DNA of 64,000 nucleotides. Origin: Hamiltosporidium tvaerminnensis FI-OER-3-3. Taxonomy: Eukaryota; Fungi; Microsporidia. The stretch lies in the NCBI GenBank assembly GCA_022605425.2, contig JAKIMF020000013.1, positions 851,173 to 915,172 of the forward strand, given 5' to 3'. The notes beneath the pieces are model-generated. The model was given only the letters and a program-made list of their open reading frames with translations. It had not been told where the DNA came from and did no database searches. Positions 23,703 to 36,990 of this stretch are shown here, piece by piece. A program made the position numbers and the translations under genes. Within the stretch, counting starts at the first letter, position 1; each line of letters starts with the position of its first letter.

Positions 23703-26700
23703 ATGAAAATTCAAAAGGAAGTAATTTTTATTGTAACAGTTTTTATTGGTAATTATATTCATTTGTGGCTTATCAGGTTATTTTCTATTTAGGAAGACTA
23801 CAAAAGAGGAACCAACGCTCAAAAATGATAAAATTTCGACTACAAAAAAACGTTCAATAGATAAAACAGAAAACGAAAGTACGAAAAAAGAAGTGAACGA
23901 TGAAAAATCTAATCCTTATGATGAAAATCATAATAGTTTTAACAAAGAGACTATTCTGCAGCAAGATATATCAAATCCGCTTGCTAAACAAGGACTGTTC
24001 CACGCAGAAAGAGTATCCATACCCGATGCTTCCTCACATGATTCTGAACCTGAGCTACAATCGCCAAGAATGGTACCAGATCATTCTTCTGTTGATTCAC
24101 CAAGAAATACAATCCAGACACCACAAAAATATCAATCACATTCCCCAAAAGTTTCTGGAAAATCATTACAGTTATCGCATGAACCACTATCGCACCTACC
24201 ATCTAACTCACCACATGTCACAAACCGTCCAATTTTACCTCTATTACCATTACATCCTCAGACCGCATCCGAAGCACCGCATTTACCGTCAAATCCCTCA
24301 CATTTACTACAATGTCCTCCTCGCTTACCACAATATAAATCCAGTTTACGATATGTACCTTTACACACGCGACAAACACTCCATCAACACTCAACATCAC
24401 AATCGCACACACCCTCAAATATACCATTACACTCAGCACAATTAACGCACTCATCACATTTACCAACCTTTAAAAAACACCGTTCACCAGAGCTGCCGCA
24501 CATCCTTGCTATCAGACATATCATTGGATACACCATCAGACTTACCACCAAACCCACACACGTCATTACGATTGAACACTTCATCGCCCTTACCTCAAAA
24601 CCCACCAAATTCATTATCATCACAATCATCGCAACCAGCACACCCACCAAAACTAAATCAATTGGCTCAACCAACACAATCACAACAATTACCTCAATCA
24701 TCTCAATCATCTCAATCATCTCAACCAACATACTCACCTAAAATAGTACAATTGGCTCAACCTACACAATCACAACAATTAACCCAATTATCTCAATTAT
24801 CTCAACCAACATACTCACCTCAAATAGTACAATTGGCTCAACCAACACAATCACCACAAATAGTACAATTGGCTCAACCAAATCAAATGCCTCAATTGCC
24901 ACAAGTAGATCAGCCAAACCAATGCCTTCAATTACCAATCCAATCTTCAAACTCCATTCAATTAACACAATTATCTCAACAAAACCAATCACCACAATCA
25001 ACTACATCTTCTCAAGTAACTCTCCCACCCCAATTATCACAATTAGCTCAACTTACACCATTACCCCACTCACCACAATTAATCCAATTAACTACATCAC
25101 CTCAACTAAAACACTCACCGGAATTACCACAATTACCACACTCAACCCAATTATCCTTCAAATCATCTCTTTCCAAACGTTCAACAACTTTACCAAATTT
25201 ACCGACTTTACCACATTTACGAGTTTCACCATGTTTATCAACTTCATCACCTTTACAATCTTCACAATCTTTACTACCTTTCCCACATTTACCATCTTCA
25301 TCAATCTTATCAAAACCATCTCCTCTCTCATCAAATGTCTTAAGCCCGCTCTATCCAATGCAAACCTCAAAATTTCCTGAATTTTTATTTTCGAAAACGC
25401 CTCAATTTGGACCAGAGTCGCCTCAATTTGAACCATTATTACAATCACTAACTTCTTCGGAATTAAAATCTTCCCAAATGTCTTCTAATATATCACAGTC
25501 TCGTAAATACTTATATTCTTCGGTCTTAATAGATACAACACCACTATTTCCACCAATTCCGACCTATTCATCGTTTGCTCGACCATTAAAACTTTCAATT
25601 TCTTCCCGTATGCATAGTTCACTGCAAAGCCCAATTTTTTTAACAATAGTTCAGCCTCTATCATCATCTCCACTGCTTTTAACGACATCCCAAATATCTT
25701 CTTATTGCCTAAGATCTTCAAAAACAGAATATTTATCATCAGAGCCAAAATCCCCATACCAAAATCTATCACCGCCTTCTTTCACGAATTACAACAGTTC
25801 CTTCGTCTAATCCATCATCATTTCAAACTTCATATTCTATGCTATCATATTTCCCATCATCGTTGTCTATTTCGCCTTCACGTTGTACCTTTCCATCTTC
25901 TTGTTCCCCAATTTCGCCTTCAGAAATGTTTTCAATATTTACTTCTCCACTGTCATTACCATCTATACCGACACCATCTTCTTCTTTGTCATTACAAACG
26001 ATGCTGCCTTCCCGGTTGTCTTCACCATTATTATATACAGCGTCATCATCATCGCTTTCGAAAATAACCTCGAGATTATATACTTCATCACCAAATCCAT
26101 CGCAACTTTCTTGGTCATCTCCATCATCATTGTCATCTTCATACGCACAATCATCATTATCACGTTCAGTGCGTTCAATTTCCTTCACTGCCATCCACCC
26201 CCTCCGTTGCTCCATCGCAACTTTCATGGTCATCCCGATCATCACTGCCTTCATCATACCCCCAATTATCACTATCATATTTGATATCTCGTGTACCATC
26301 AGTATCATCTTCACCTTCTCCATCACAACTATCATGGTCATCTCCATCAACATTGCCGTCATCATATCCACAATCATAATCATCATACTCAGTATACCAA
26401 ATGATATCACTGTCATCCTCTCCCTCCGTTGCTCCTTCGCAACTATCATGGTCATCTTTGTCATCACAAGCGTCAACATCACCCACGCCAACTCAAATAT
26501 CATCTTCACCGTCTCCATCACAACTGTCATGGTCATCTTTGTCATCTCAATAATCATCACGTTCTATAACTCCGATGTAATCGCCATCATACTCATCTTC
26601 ACTTTCCACATCCCAAACAAAAGGTAATCATCCCCATTTAAACCATTAGTATCAACAATAATAATCATTTATCATGTTTATCAAACCGAATTTACCAATT

Positions 26701-26782
26701 ATCCCAATCATTACAGTCGCCGTCACTATTGCAGACATTAACAACTACAAACATTCATCAAAAACGTATTCAAGATGATTAG
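23703..26782 (+). pseudogene. Membrane-anchored Ser/Pro/Gln-rich mucin-like protein (~1000 aa), multiple frameshifts and stops
   Basis: CCC-ATG at 23700-23705; reconstructed N-terminus MKIQKEVIFIVTVLLVIIFICGLSGYFLFRK; frames of ORFs 23746, 24506, 25839 and the frame from 26182 each follow by +1; QLAQPTQS and PSQLSWSS repeats; in-frame TAA at 26377 where sister repeats have TCA. Confidence 0.8.
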
Positions 26783-29700
26783 AAATTATAATTATTAACA
26801 ATTTGAAATTTTTTTAAAGTGAATAGTTTTATTATTATAATACCGTTGAAAAAACAGAACTGATTATTATGAAATCATTTATTTATCATCATTACTATGA
26901 AGTAGAAGTTTTCTAATGATATTAGATAATAAATTAAAAAGTGATGTTACAACAGAAAAAATTTTAAACCGCATTTTAGGTGATTTTTGATTTAGACTAG
27001 ATTTATCTTCTGCAGTTAAAACTAATTTGAATATATTACTAAAATTTTTATTAATTATTAATCAAATTATTATTCATTAGTACGAGTAACAAGAAACATT
27101 TTAAAAAAATTTAAATTCGGAAAAATTTCACTCTTTAAATTTTGACTTTCAATTAACTTATAATGTGGTTTTACAATATTGGTTTAATTTAGTAATATTG
27201 TTTTGCCGCCAGAAATCTACCTGCATATTTTAAACATAAATATAACGCTAATAAAATACTTTTACGTTTTTTCTTTTTAAATATTGTTAATAATTTAAAA
27301 AATTAAATCTGTGAATTCTTCTATTTGTATAACCAATTAAATTTTCTTATTTCTTCGTCTTCAGATATTACAATATTTAATTATAATTTTAAATTTATAG
27401 TAGTTGGGTTCGATTTATTCCCTGCATATATTAGATCGGCATTTATAATTGCACCAATATTTTAAATATTTTTAAAAAATCCAAATTTTTAAAGAATATG
27501 CCTTAAAAAGGTTTTTTTTGTCTTTATATATATTTAATGCAAATGTACATCTTAACAATATATAAAGTAAATTATAAAACGAATTAATTATTTCCCAAAT
27601 ATGGAATAATATTTTTTCACCAGCTATGGATAATTAAATCCGTCGTTTTCATTATTTTCAGTTTGTAACGGATATTCATCATCAGTAAAAAACACTTTAG
27701 AACTTTTATAATAAAGTTTTTCTAGATTTAGGTTAAAATCCAAAAAAATCTGCTATATTTGGTTTTATAAAGAATCATGCGAATTTAAAATTCTGATATG
27801 TATAATTATGATGTACTTCATCAAAATACTGTAAGTTAAACTTATTGTATGTAACAAATATATATGCGCATATCCAATATTTTAATTAAAAATATATTAT
27901 AAAAAGTTATGATCAAGATTCAACTGTTTCTGTTGAATATTTTCAATCTATACTAGAGACATTGATCTTCTGGTATTAATAGAGCCTTTTGCCTCGATGT
28001 TTAATTTTTTTTTAAAAAAAGAGGATTATTAATACTATAAGAAATTTCATCAAAAACAAAAAAAAACCGAGAAAATGAGAGGATTCGTTTATCTGGATTA
28101 AAAACCATAGAAAAATCTTTAGTAAAGCTGACTTTATAAAAATGCAAAAAATACATTCAACAATAAAAATCCGATCGTATTTGAATATAGAGACTTGGTT
28201 TCAGCAAAATAAACAAAAATTAGTGAGTAAAAAGATATTGGACAAGATAATATTCCAACTGAGACATATATGCTAGAAACAAATATAAATTTTTAATTGA
28301 GGAAATAGAAAAAAAATATTTTAAAAATTAAATCAAAATTTGAAATTACATAATTTACAGTTTCTAATCTAAACAACAGGATAAATCATAAACATCGCAA
28401 GTATACTGCGCGGGCTAATTTGGAAACTATTTAAAATTTAATATGAGTACACACAGTGTTTGTGAAAAACATAAAATACTTGATCAAACCATATCATAAA
28501 TATTATAAATAGCTAAATTCCTTATTTTGAGAAGATGAAGAAAAATTATTACTTTAAATTATAGTTAAAAAAAATATCATTCGAATTACTATTGTCCTTA
28601 AGAATTATAAAAGAATTTAAATATTACGCATTCGTTTCAAACATATTCTTCTAAAAATGATCAATTGAAAACCTTTAGTTCTGATTCAGTTACTTGGTGT
28701 CTTGTAGTTATTAAAATACTTGTTTTATATTCCTGATCGTTTTTTTTACAATCATTTGACCAACCCATCAGATTTTAGTACAAAAAGATCGCCTATTGCT
28801 TTATTCCTGGAAAATTATTAATCAAGTTTATTATTTAGCAGTTTAAGTTTTATTTTTATTTATGTTAGAAAAGCAATAAAACATATCTTAAACACGAATA
28901 ATAAACAAAAATAAATATACAGGCATAAAAATAAACTATTTTACACGACTATTTCGTACCTTTAATGAAAATTATATTGTGTAAAAGAATCAATATTTAA
29001 AGACTTATACACAAGGCCATAAATTATAACAACAAAACTGGTTGATTTGAACTAAAATAATAGTGCTTGTTGGACATTTTTTTTTACTAAGAATATATGT
29101 GGTTTTGATTTAAAATAAATTAAATGTAAACTCGGCTTTGAAAGCTTAAAAGCTGTATAAGCCATTGCAGATTGAGAGCATGGAGAATTTAACCTTTTTT
29201 TATATATTACAGACTTTTCTGATTTACTAGGACAAAAACAGTAATATTTCACATTAGATATATTTAGAATTATTAACATATATAAAATACGGATGATCTG
29301 TTGTATTTTTCCTATTAGCTTATCTATGAAATTTTAGCTTATTTAAATCCAAAATGCCATAAAAAAAATTTATAAGCAGGAATGTCCAGATTATGAAATT
29401 TCGCAAATTTAAACAAAAAATTTTCTTCATATTGATTTAATTATCTTACCAAGATAAAAATATCTTATTATATTACTACAATCTGTGATATATCTTTAAT
29501 TGTTTTAGTTATGAATTAAACATCTTTTGATGTATTTCTGTTATAAAATTCACTTGAGCATCGAAATAAGTCGATGCCATTCTTAACAGCTTTGTACATC
29601 ACACAGATTCTACATAAAAATCAATGCAAGTTAATGTCGAAAAGATATCAAATAAGAGACCGATTTATATATAGATCACAAGTAGATCGAATGAAGAGTT

Positions 29701-32137
29701 TAAGAATGTCGTAGAAGACGAACCTTTGCAGATTTATTATAGAGTAGAAAAATGCAAGACGTAAAAAAAATCAAATGCACTTCTATTCGAGTTTTTCAGT
29801 TTAGGTAGTTCAGTTGGTTAAAATTTGGCACTATTTTGAATCGAAATAGAGTATTTATTAAAATAAGAATCCTATGAGTTTATAAGTTGCAAACTAGATT
29901 TATTCACTAAATAAGTTAAAGTCTTGCCAAAGGAAAGACAACAATAACAATGTACTTGCCATTTCTAGAAAATATGAGAGAAACCAAGTCAATTAACGAT
30001 AAAAAAATAGAATGATGTTTCGTAATAGCTGCTACACGATTTAAAAAATATTTAGAGCAGGGATAATCGGAACGCAAATAGCTATGCATGATTAAAGTTT
30101 GCATATAATTGTGATTTCAAAAGACAATTAACACTTTTAGAAATACGAAGTAAGCTAAAAATATAATATATGCGGGTTTTCTATACTTTTGAAAAAATAT
30201 ACGATGAATTCTTTTGATTATAAAGTAAAATAATAGGGATTACGAGATTAAAACCGAAGATTGAAAATAAAAAAATGTATTGAGACTTAATAATTTGGTT
30301 ATAAAATATGAAACCTTTAGTACGCTTAATATCAACTAATACCCTGACAAAATAATTATGTCATTTGTTATATAACTACATAAAGTTAAACTAAATATGT
30401 TTTTTCTAGTCAATTTTATTTAAAGAAACAAAAACCCAGAACTTTAAGCGAAAGCTATCTAGAAACACTGGATTTGATTATTGCATCTATATTTAAAGTA
30501 TATTCTTAGATCAATACAGATAACTAGAATGCAAGAGGGATCACACCAAAAAAGTTACTTTTACCATTAATTTAGTAGTAAAAAATTATATGTTTGCAAA
30601 TTTAAAATTCTGATACTGGGATAGATATCCATCATATTTCAGATTATTAAAACAAAGAAAAGTATTCGTTTTTAGGATATTTCTTGAAAATTTAAAATAT
30701 ATTACGCTACTAATATATATTTTTTTACATGAAATTAGGAAAATATAAGACAAAGGTATGTTTGCGTTAAAATCTATAGAAAACCATGTAAAATTCATAA
30801 TGAATATCAAATAAAAATCACCGACGAAAGCACTTTGTCGTTTTTTTTACCAATTTTTCGAAAAATTTATTTTTTTACTTCCCAATAATGATGTTCTATT
30901 TGTATTCTGTACTTTATCCTACATCATACGACAAAATAGGTTTGCGTGCTAATGTTTTATTTCTTTTCTTACTCTACCTATTCCAACTGTCCTGTACGTC
31001 TCAATGAATAAGATGAAAATAACGAATGCAAAGTATGCAGTCAATGATGGAAGTACTGGCTTTTTTAACTCTATTTTTCCTTCAGTTAAGCTGATTTTTC
31101 AGAGTTTAGAATATTCAACATTCACAATTTCTTGTGTCTTCCCGTCAATCCTTATACTTTGATGTTATGGCAGCAATATTAAGAATTTAAAGCCATTCTT
31201 TTAATTTTTAATACATTTCTTTACTTTTAAATTTATTTGGTTAAATCTGTTTAGTTTCTGCGATACATTGACTGAAATCATAGAAAAAGTGTTGTTTATT
31301 ATCAAGAAACGACCAAACAATGATTTCGCAGCAAATTAAAACCTCATTACCAGCAAGAGAATTATTAAAGCGGTTATCTTCGTCCAATATTCGAACAACA
31401 TATTTTTTAATAAAGTATCTAGTTAAACTTAGGAATAATGATGTTCTTGAAGCGAAAATAACTCATTCATAGTTTTTTAGCGGGTTAATTTTACGTTGAA
31501 AATTTTAGTACACAAATAGCAATAGTAGTGATTTTTTTGTTCCTTCTATAAGAAATGCTAAATAATCAGCAAAGAAATAATTTTATTCCAAATGTGCTTA
31601 AAAAACCAGAAAATTAGATTATAGTATATAAGTCGAATATTTTGACCAAATTTAATCTTCTTAATAATTACTTATTGGATTTAAATATCATAATCCGCTA
31701 GAAATAAACATTCGAACTACCATTAATATAATAACTTAAACGTTCTTGATACAACAGAAACAATAGAGATTGTATTCTATCTACCTTTGTTTTTCAGAAG
31801 ATAAAGAACAAGAATAATAATTTAAAAAAGTCAATTCTCGTCTTTAAATGCTTGATAGATTCTTTAAAGATATTAAAGATTTATTTCAACAAACAAGAAA
31901 ATACTTAAAAGGAAAAAAAGAATAACATTTTGAAAAAAAATAAAGCTTCGATAATTCACTTTATCATGATTCTAACCTCAAATAGATGAAAAAATAAGAA
32001 AAATAATAAAGTTTGCTGAAAAAAAACAAATTTAATTTTTTTCATACAAATTTAGCATAAAAAACCATTATTTATACAGGATAATCGATTCTAAAGAATG
32101 TTCTTTGTTATTTTAAAAGTATATAAGAAGGTGAAAA

Positions 32138-32971
32138 ATGAAATTTATGAATAAAAATATTTGTCGCTTTTTAATTCAAAGCATTATGTTTCTTATTTCT
32201 GTTACTAAAGTAAACTGTTTGAATTATCCTACCCGAAATCAAAACAATATTGCTGCCATGTTCATAATAGAAGAGAATCCAGACAAAAGAGTCCCAAGTT
32301 TGATAGAAGAAAATCCTAATCCTAACAAAATTGCTCAAAAGAAGCGTCGAGGTAGAAAATTTAAATTATTTGACAATTTACCAGTAATGAAAATACAAAT
32401 AATTGCAACGAATTTTAACAAACCGAAAGTATTTCGAGAAGAAAGTACCAAAGACGAAAGTAAAGAAAACAACAATCAAATAGAGGAGAAAGACAACGTA
32501 CAAGATGAATCACGCGAGGAAGAAAATGATGAGAATAAATATGACGGAGAGTGCAATATAGAAAATAGTGATGAAAAAGATAGATTAAAGGACAGCGACA
32601 CAGATAACAAGATAGAAAAAGACAAAGAAAATAATATAGAAAAGAATGATGAAAAAGAAAGTTTACAAGATAAATACTTCGTAGAAGAAAATGAAGATAT
32701 TGAAATCAGTAGCGAAACCAAATCAGGAGATGGCGACGAAAATGAGGAAGATACCAGCGAAAAAACAAGCGAAGAAGCAGAAAACAATGTGGAGCAAGAC
32801 GAAGAAGAAGACACCTACATAAATGAGGATAACCAGAAAGACTTGACAAAAGAAGAAGCTAGTGATATATATGAAAAAGCTGATAAAGTTCAGGATTTAG
32901 CTATGGAAGAAAATTCGAATGAAGATACAAATTCGAAAAACCAAAAAGAACTTTTAGAAATGACAGATTAG
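32138..32971 (+). CDS. Secreted protein with basic patch and long Glu/Asp/Asn-rich tail
   Basis: Signal-like FLIQSIMFLISVTKVNC; KKRRGRKFK; acidic C-terminal half. A -1 frame continuation (DRLEEMGISCLKLIGKKDKLTIHIEK*) to ~33042 may be the original end. Confidence 0.8.
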   Translation: MKFMNKNICRFLIQSIMFLISVTKVNCLNYPTRNQNNIAAMFIIEENPDKRVPSLIEENPNPNKIAQKKRRGRKFKLFDNLPVMKIQIIATNFNKPKVFREESTKDESKENNNQIEEKDNVQDESREEENDENKYDGECNIENSDEKDRLKDSDTDNKIEKDKENNIEKNDEKESLQDKYFVEENEDIEISSETKSGDGDENEEDTSEKTSEEAENNVEQDEEEDTYINEDNQKDLTKEEASDIYEKADKVQDLAMEENSNEDTNSKNQKELLEMTD

Positions 32972-34231
32972 AAGAAATGGGTATATCATGTCTTAAATTG
33001 ATAGGAAAAAAAGACAAACTTACGATTCATATTGAAAAATAAACATAAATGGTAAAAACCTGATTTTTATTCTGTATATATGTATATATTGTTACATTAT
33101 ATTAAATATACTTATATTTAAACAAAAAATTATTGAATTCTTGAATTTTTTGTGCACCGAATTCTTAGGTTAACCATAAATAATTTAAAAAAGTAAATTT
33201 TTATCGAAAAAGAGTTGATTTCCATAAAATAAATTCCAATACAAAAAAATTCAAACGCAGGATAATTGTTCTTTATTGTAATCAAATTGAAAAAAAATTA
33301 AAATAATTCAGTAAAAATGTAATACTTTTTGTTACTATCAGTTTCTTAAATAAATGATATTATGTAAATTATTTTTTTTAAAAATATATTACATAATTTT
33401 CTTAGTCAATAAAATTCAGAGTAGTACTGAATTTAAGGCCAAAATTTATTTGTATTAAAATATGATAAAGTTTTCTTCCAAATAAAGATTCATAGATGAA
33501 TTTAATTTATCTGGCCAATTATAAATATAAGGCTAGTTATCTAAGGTAAATTTTTTTAAGCAACAACTGTATTTTTTGAAACTATTCAACGAATTAATAT
33601 GTATTAAATTTGAAATAAAAAATATTTTTCTAATAATGAATAAAACATATTTAGAAAATATTTTTTTTAAAATATTTATAATTTATAGAATATATTAAAG
33701 TCTAAATATACATTGAAAGTATTTTAAAAGAATAAGAATATAACCAATTTATCACACCATTGCCTTCAATTAGATTTAAGTTATTTTATAAATTTAAAAA
33801 CAAGATTATGAATTTCATTCTTTTACTTCGGAATTAAAGTCTTTAAAACGTAATATTTCGCAAATTATATTTAGATTATATTAGTCCTACAATATGTTTC
33901 TATTTAAAAATAGAAAAGAACAATGAATATGTTGGACGTAAATGATTTCAAATGCTCTAAGAAATAATGCCTTAATTTTTAGAATTTTATGAAAAATTTG
34001 CAAATTTTATTTTTGTTTTTCATTTTGAATTTCACAAAACAAAACGATTAAATTTGTAATATATAAATTAAAATAATATGTAAATATTAAGAAGTACAGA
34101 AGTATGTTCCGAATTAAAAGTGATGTTTTTTTATTGAAACCCCAGTCAAAGTCTTCAATTGAGTAACTTTTTTAGGTTTCGAATCGATAGAGTTATTTTC
34201 TAAGTAAAAAAGTGGATTTCATGCCTTAAAT

Positions 34232-34456
34232 TTAGTTTATTTAATATTTCGTTTCTTCCTTATAGATGGAACACAATCCAACAATGAATCAAAGCTTCGC
34301 CAAATTTTGGCGTTCTAAAGACAATTTTCTTTTGATTGGTTAGGTTGTCAGACCAACACAGACTTTCCGGAAGAAATAAAGAGTGCACCAACTGAGAAAC
34401 GAACCCTGTCCTTCGGAATTAAATTCCAATATCTTAACCACTAGAGCATCGGCGCT
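34232..34456 (-). mobile_element. tRNA-derived SINE (~225 bp)
   Basis: 72-nt tRNA-like head (34384-34455), unrelated body, A-rich end; flanked by ATGCCTTAAAT (34221-34231) and ATGCCCTAAAT (34457-34467), a 10/11 target-site duplication. Confidence 0.75.
34384..34455 (-). tRNA. Degenerate tRNA-like sequence (Glu/Gln type), anticodon position reads TTA; probably SINE head or pseudogene
   Basis: Acceptor GCGCCGA/TTGGTGC, D loop AGTGGTTA, anticodon stem TTGGA/TCCGA with loop ATTTAAT, GGTTCG T-arm with one mismatch and atypical T-loop TTCGTTT. Confidence 0.6.
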
Positions 34457-35175
34457 ATGCCCTAAATATATCTTAAAAATACCCAAACAGTAAAAACATA
34501 CATATTAATAAATGTTTTTCCATCTACGCTGGGTGTATTAAAGAATCTATAAATTTACAAATTATTTTATTCGCAAAAAATTTTGGTTTCATATTTGACC
34601 AACTTAAATCAAAATTTAGTAAATCTATACACAGAGTAAAACATATGTGTAAGTAATTAGACTAAATACTTCGAGTCTAAAAAATTATATGCTCTTTAAT
34701 ATATAAGGATGGGATTCATTGAATTTTTTGTAAGAAAATTTTATATTTTATGGCACATTTCCGTTTTGAATAAAATCCAAATATTAAATCATAAAAAGAT
34801 ACAAGGAGAACACAATATTTTAATTATAATATCGGAACCTTCCTGAAATTGAAAAAAGAAAAAATTATTTATGTTTATAATTTGAACACATTATACATAA
34901 TATTTGTAAATGAAAATATTTCTAAAGCATTTGAAGGAACTATAAATATGCAGCAAAATAATTACAACAGGCATTATATAAATAATCATACTAAGTGTCC
35001 CCGTTCTACAAACTATAAAAGTCAATAAAATTCTTTAGTTTTTTTCTCATATAATTTATATAAGCCATTCTAACGTCATGCTATAAAACGATCAGTGTCT
35101 AATCTATATTACATCATAATACTGTATTTAAAACCTTTTTTTGTCCTTAGATATATATTTATTATTAAATTCAGC

Positions 35176-35453
35176 TTTATTTAAAAGTATCACATCTTTT
35201 TTTAAAACAGTGGCAAGTTTTAGATTTGTTTTCATGACATTAACGCAGTTCTAGGTTTAACATAAATGACTGCTACCCCAAAACTCCATCGGTAACCCCT
35301 GCGATACCTACGTCCCAAAGCCTTTCATCCACCAGGTGTGTAGAACCTAAATATTAGGCGAGGCAGTTGCCCGGAGTTCGTTAATATCATTTTCAGGGAG
35401 TGTAATCGAAGGCCGAAGCCTCGCCCCTGGCTCCTCCAAGACTATGCAGCATT
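35176..35453 (-). mobile_element. Family A repeat, 5'-truncated copy (3' ~280 bp only)
   Basis: Well-conserved match to 11525-11803 including the AAATAAA end; homology stops abruptly at ATGCAGCATT. Confidence 0.85.
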
Positions 35454-35646
35454 AGAAAATTAGAAAAAAGGTTTATATGAAAATATTTGAGAAATTATAA
35501 ATTACAAATGGTTTTATGGAATTAAAAAATTATTTGGGAAATTAATGTATTTTATGAAAAATAGAAATAATTAGAAAAAAATTAATATGTACTACCAAAA
35601 TTCTAAAAAAGAAATAAAAACATAGATAAATGAAATTAGAGAGAAA

Positions 35647-35850
35647 TAAAATAAATGAAAATATAAAGAATTAATATTACTGAGTAACCTTGAAGTATAA
35701 TTTAATATTTAATTTAGAATTATTTTTCTTTTATTGATAAAATAAATGAAAATATAAAGAATTAATATTACTGAGTAACCTTGAAGTATAATTTAATATT
35801 TAATTCTTATATTTAATATAAATTTATGTTTCTTTATTGATAAAATATTT
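35647..35850. repeat. ~91-bp tandem duplication
   Basis: ATAAATGAAAATATAAAGAATTAATATTACTGAGTAACCTTGAAGTATAATTTAATATTTAATT at 35651 and 35742. Confidence 0.85.
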
Positions 35851-36077
35851 GAAAATATAAATTAATAATTTAAATAGAGATTGAATATATTAAACGTAAT
35901 TTGATGAAAAAAAGGTAAACAAATGTATTTAAGGATAAGGTTAAGTATATATAGGGTTAGAGATGTATAGAAATTATTTTAAATTAAGAGATTTATAATT
36001 AAGGGTTATTGTGCATATAAGAAATATTATTGGATATATTGTGTAATTTATTGTTTACTTTACTGTTCGAATCATAT

Positions 36078-36222
36078 GTTTAAAAGTTACTTTGAACTTC
36101 TAATAGTTATTAGGTTTAAATTACTTTGATGTTCTATTAGTTATTAGGGTTTAAACTTACTTTGATGTTCTATTAGTTATTAAGTTTAAAGTTGACTTTG
36201 ATGTTCTATTAGTTATTAAGCT
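36078..36222. repeat. ~36-bp minisatellite, 4 units (TTACTTTGATGTTCTATTAGTTATTAGGTTTAAA)
   Basis: Direct reading. Confidence 0.85.
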
Positions 36223-36284
36223 TGTGTTATTATTTAAGGAATTATTGAATATTAGATTTATAATTTTATTTACTAAATAACCCA

Positions 36285-36990
36285 TGTTTTTTAAAATATG
36301 TAGCTCTTAAATATAGTTTTTATGACATTAACGCAGTTCTAGGTTTAACATAGATGATTCTATTCTAATACATCATAAGTAGTTTTTAAGTACTTGTGAA
36401 TAAAAGCTTTTAAGTAAAAGAATGTATGAAAGGATTAAATTCCAGTAACTAATGAAATTTTCCTTCGAATAGGTATTATGGGCTGTGATGCCGGGGCTGA
36501 AACAGTCTTGTATAAGAGTAGAAGTATTTCTCTGCTTATACTACATAATTCAAATTAAATAGACATTCGGATACGAAATATCTCGGTGACTTATATTGAT
36601 TAACATATATGTTACAATGTCATACCAATAGGTATAATCTGCTACTTAAGTTTCTTTAATTTTTGAAAGAGAATGTTTTTTTTTTGTATTTCTCAGGTGA
36701 AATCTATTGTAATTCGAGAGAGAAAGGCTAGGTTTATATAGTTTTACGTGTCTATTACTTACAAAGAAAACTACTATTTTATAATCTGATTAAATAAAAA
36801 ATTACAAAATAAGTTCTTAAAAGAATTTTCAAATTGTGTAAACCGTTTCTCCTCCTTACTTAAATCTCCTTGGAACAAGTGAAAATTTTGTGTTGATTTC
36901 TTTCTACCAAAAATTCCTAAAATAAAATTAAAATCAACTTCACACATTCGTATTAAATTGATAGATTTTAATTTGATTACTTCTCTTCAG
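36285..36990 (-). mobile_element. Family A repeat, old diverged copy
   Basis: ATGACATTAACGCAGTTCTAGGTTTAACATA, CAATGTCATACCAATAGGTATAATCTGCTACTTA and AAGGCTAGGTTT occur in the family order. Confidence 0.75.

Noticed and set aside
26377-26379. Stop-codon reassignment or read-through by the TTA tRNA-like element
   Set aside because: TAA aligns with TCA (Ser) in sister repeats, the gene also has frameshifts, and RPL3 terminates normally at TAA.
23900-26627. Many overlapping ORFs on both strands as separate genes
   Set aside because: Alternative frames of one low-complexity frameshifted gene.
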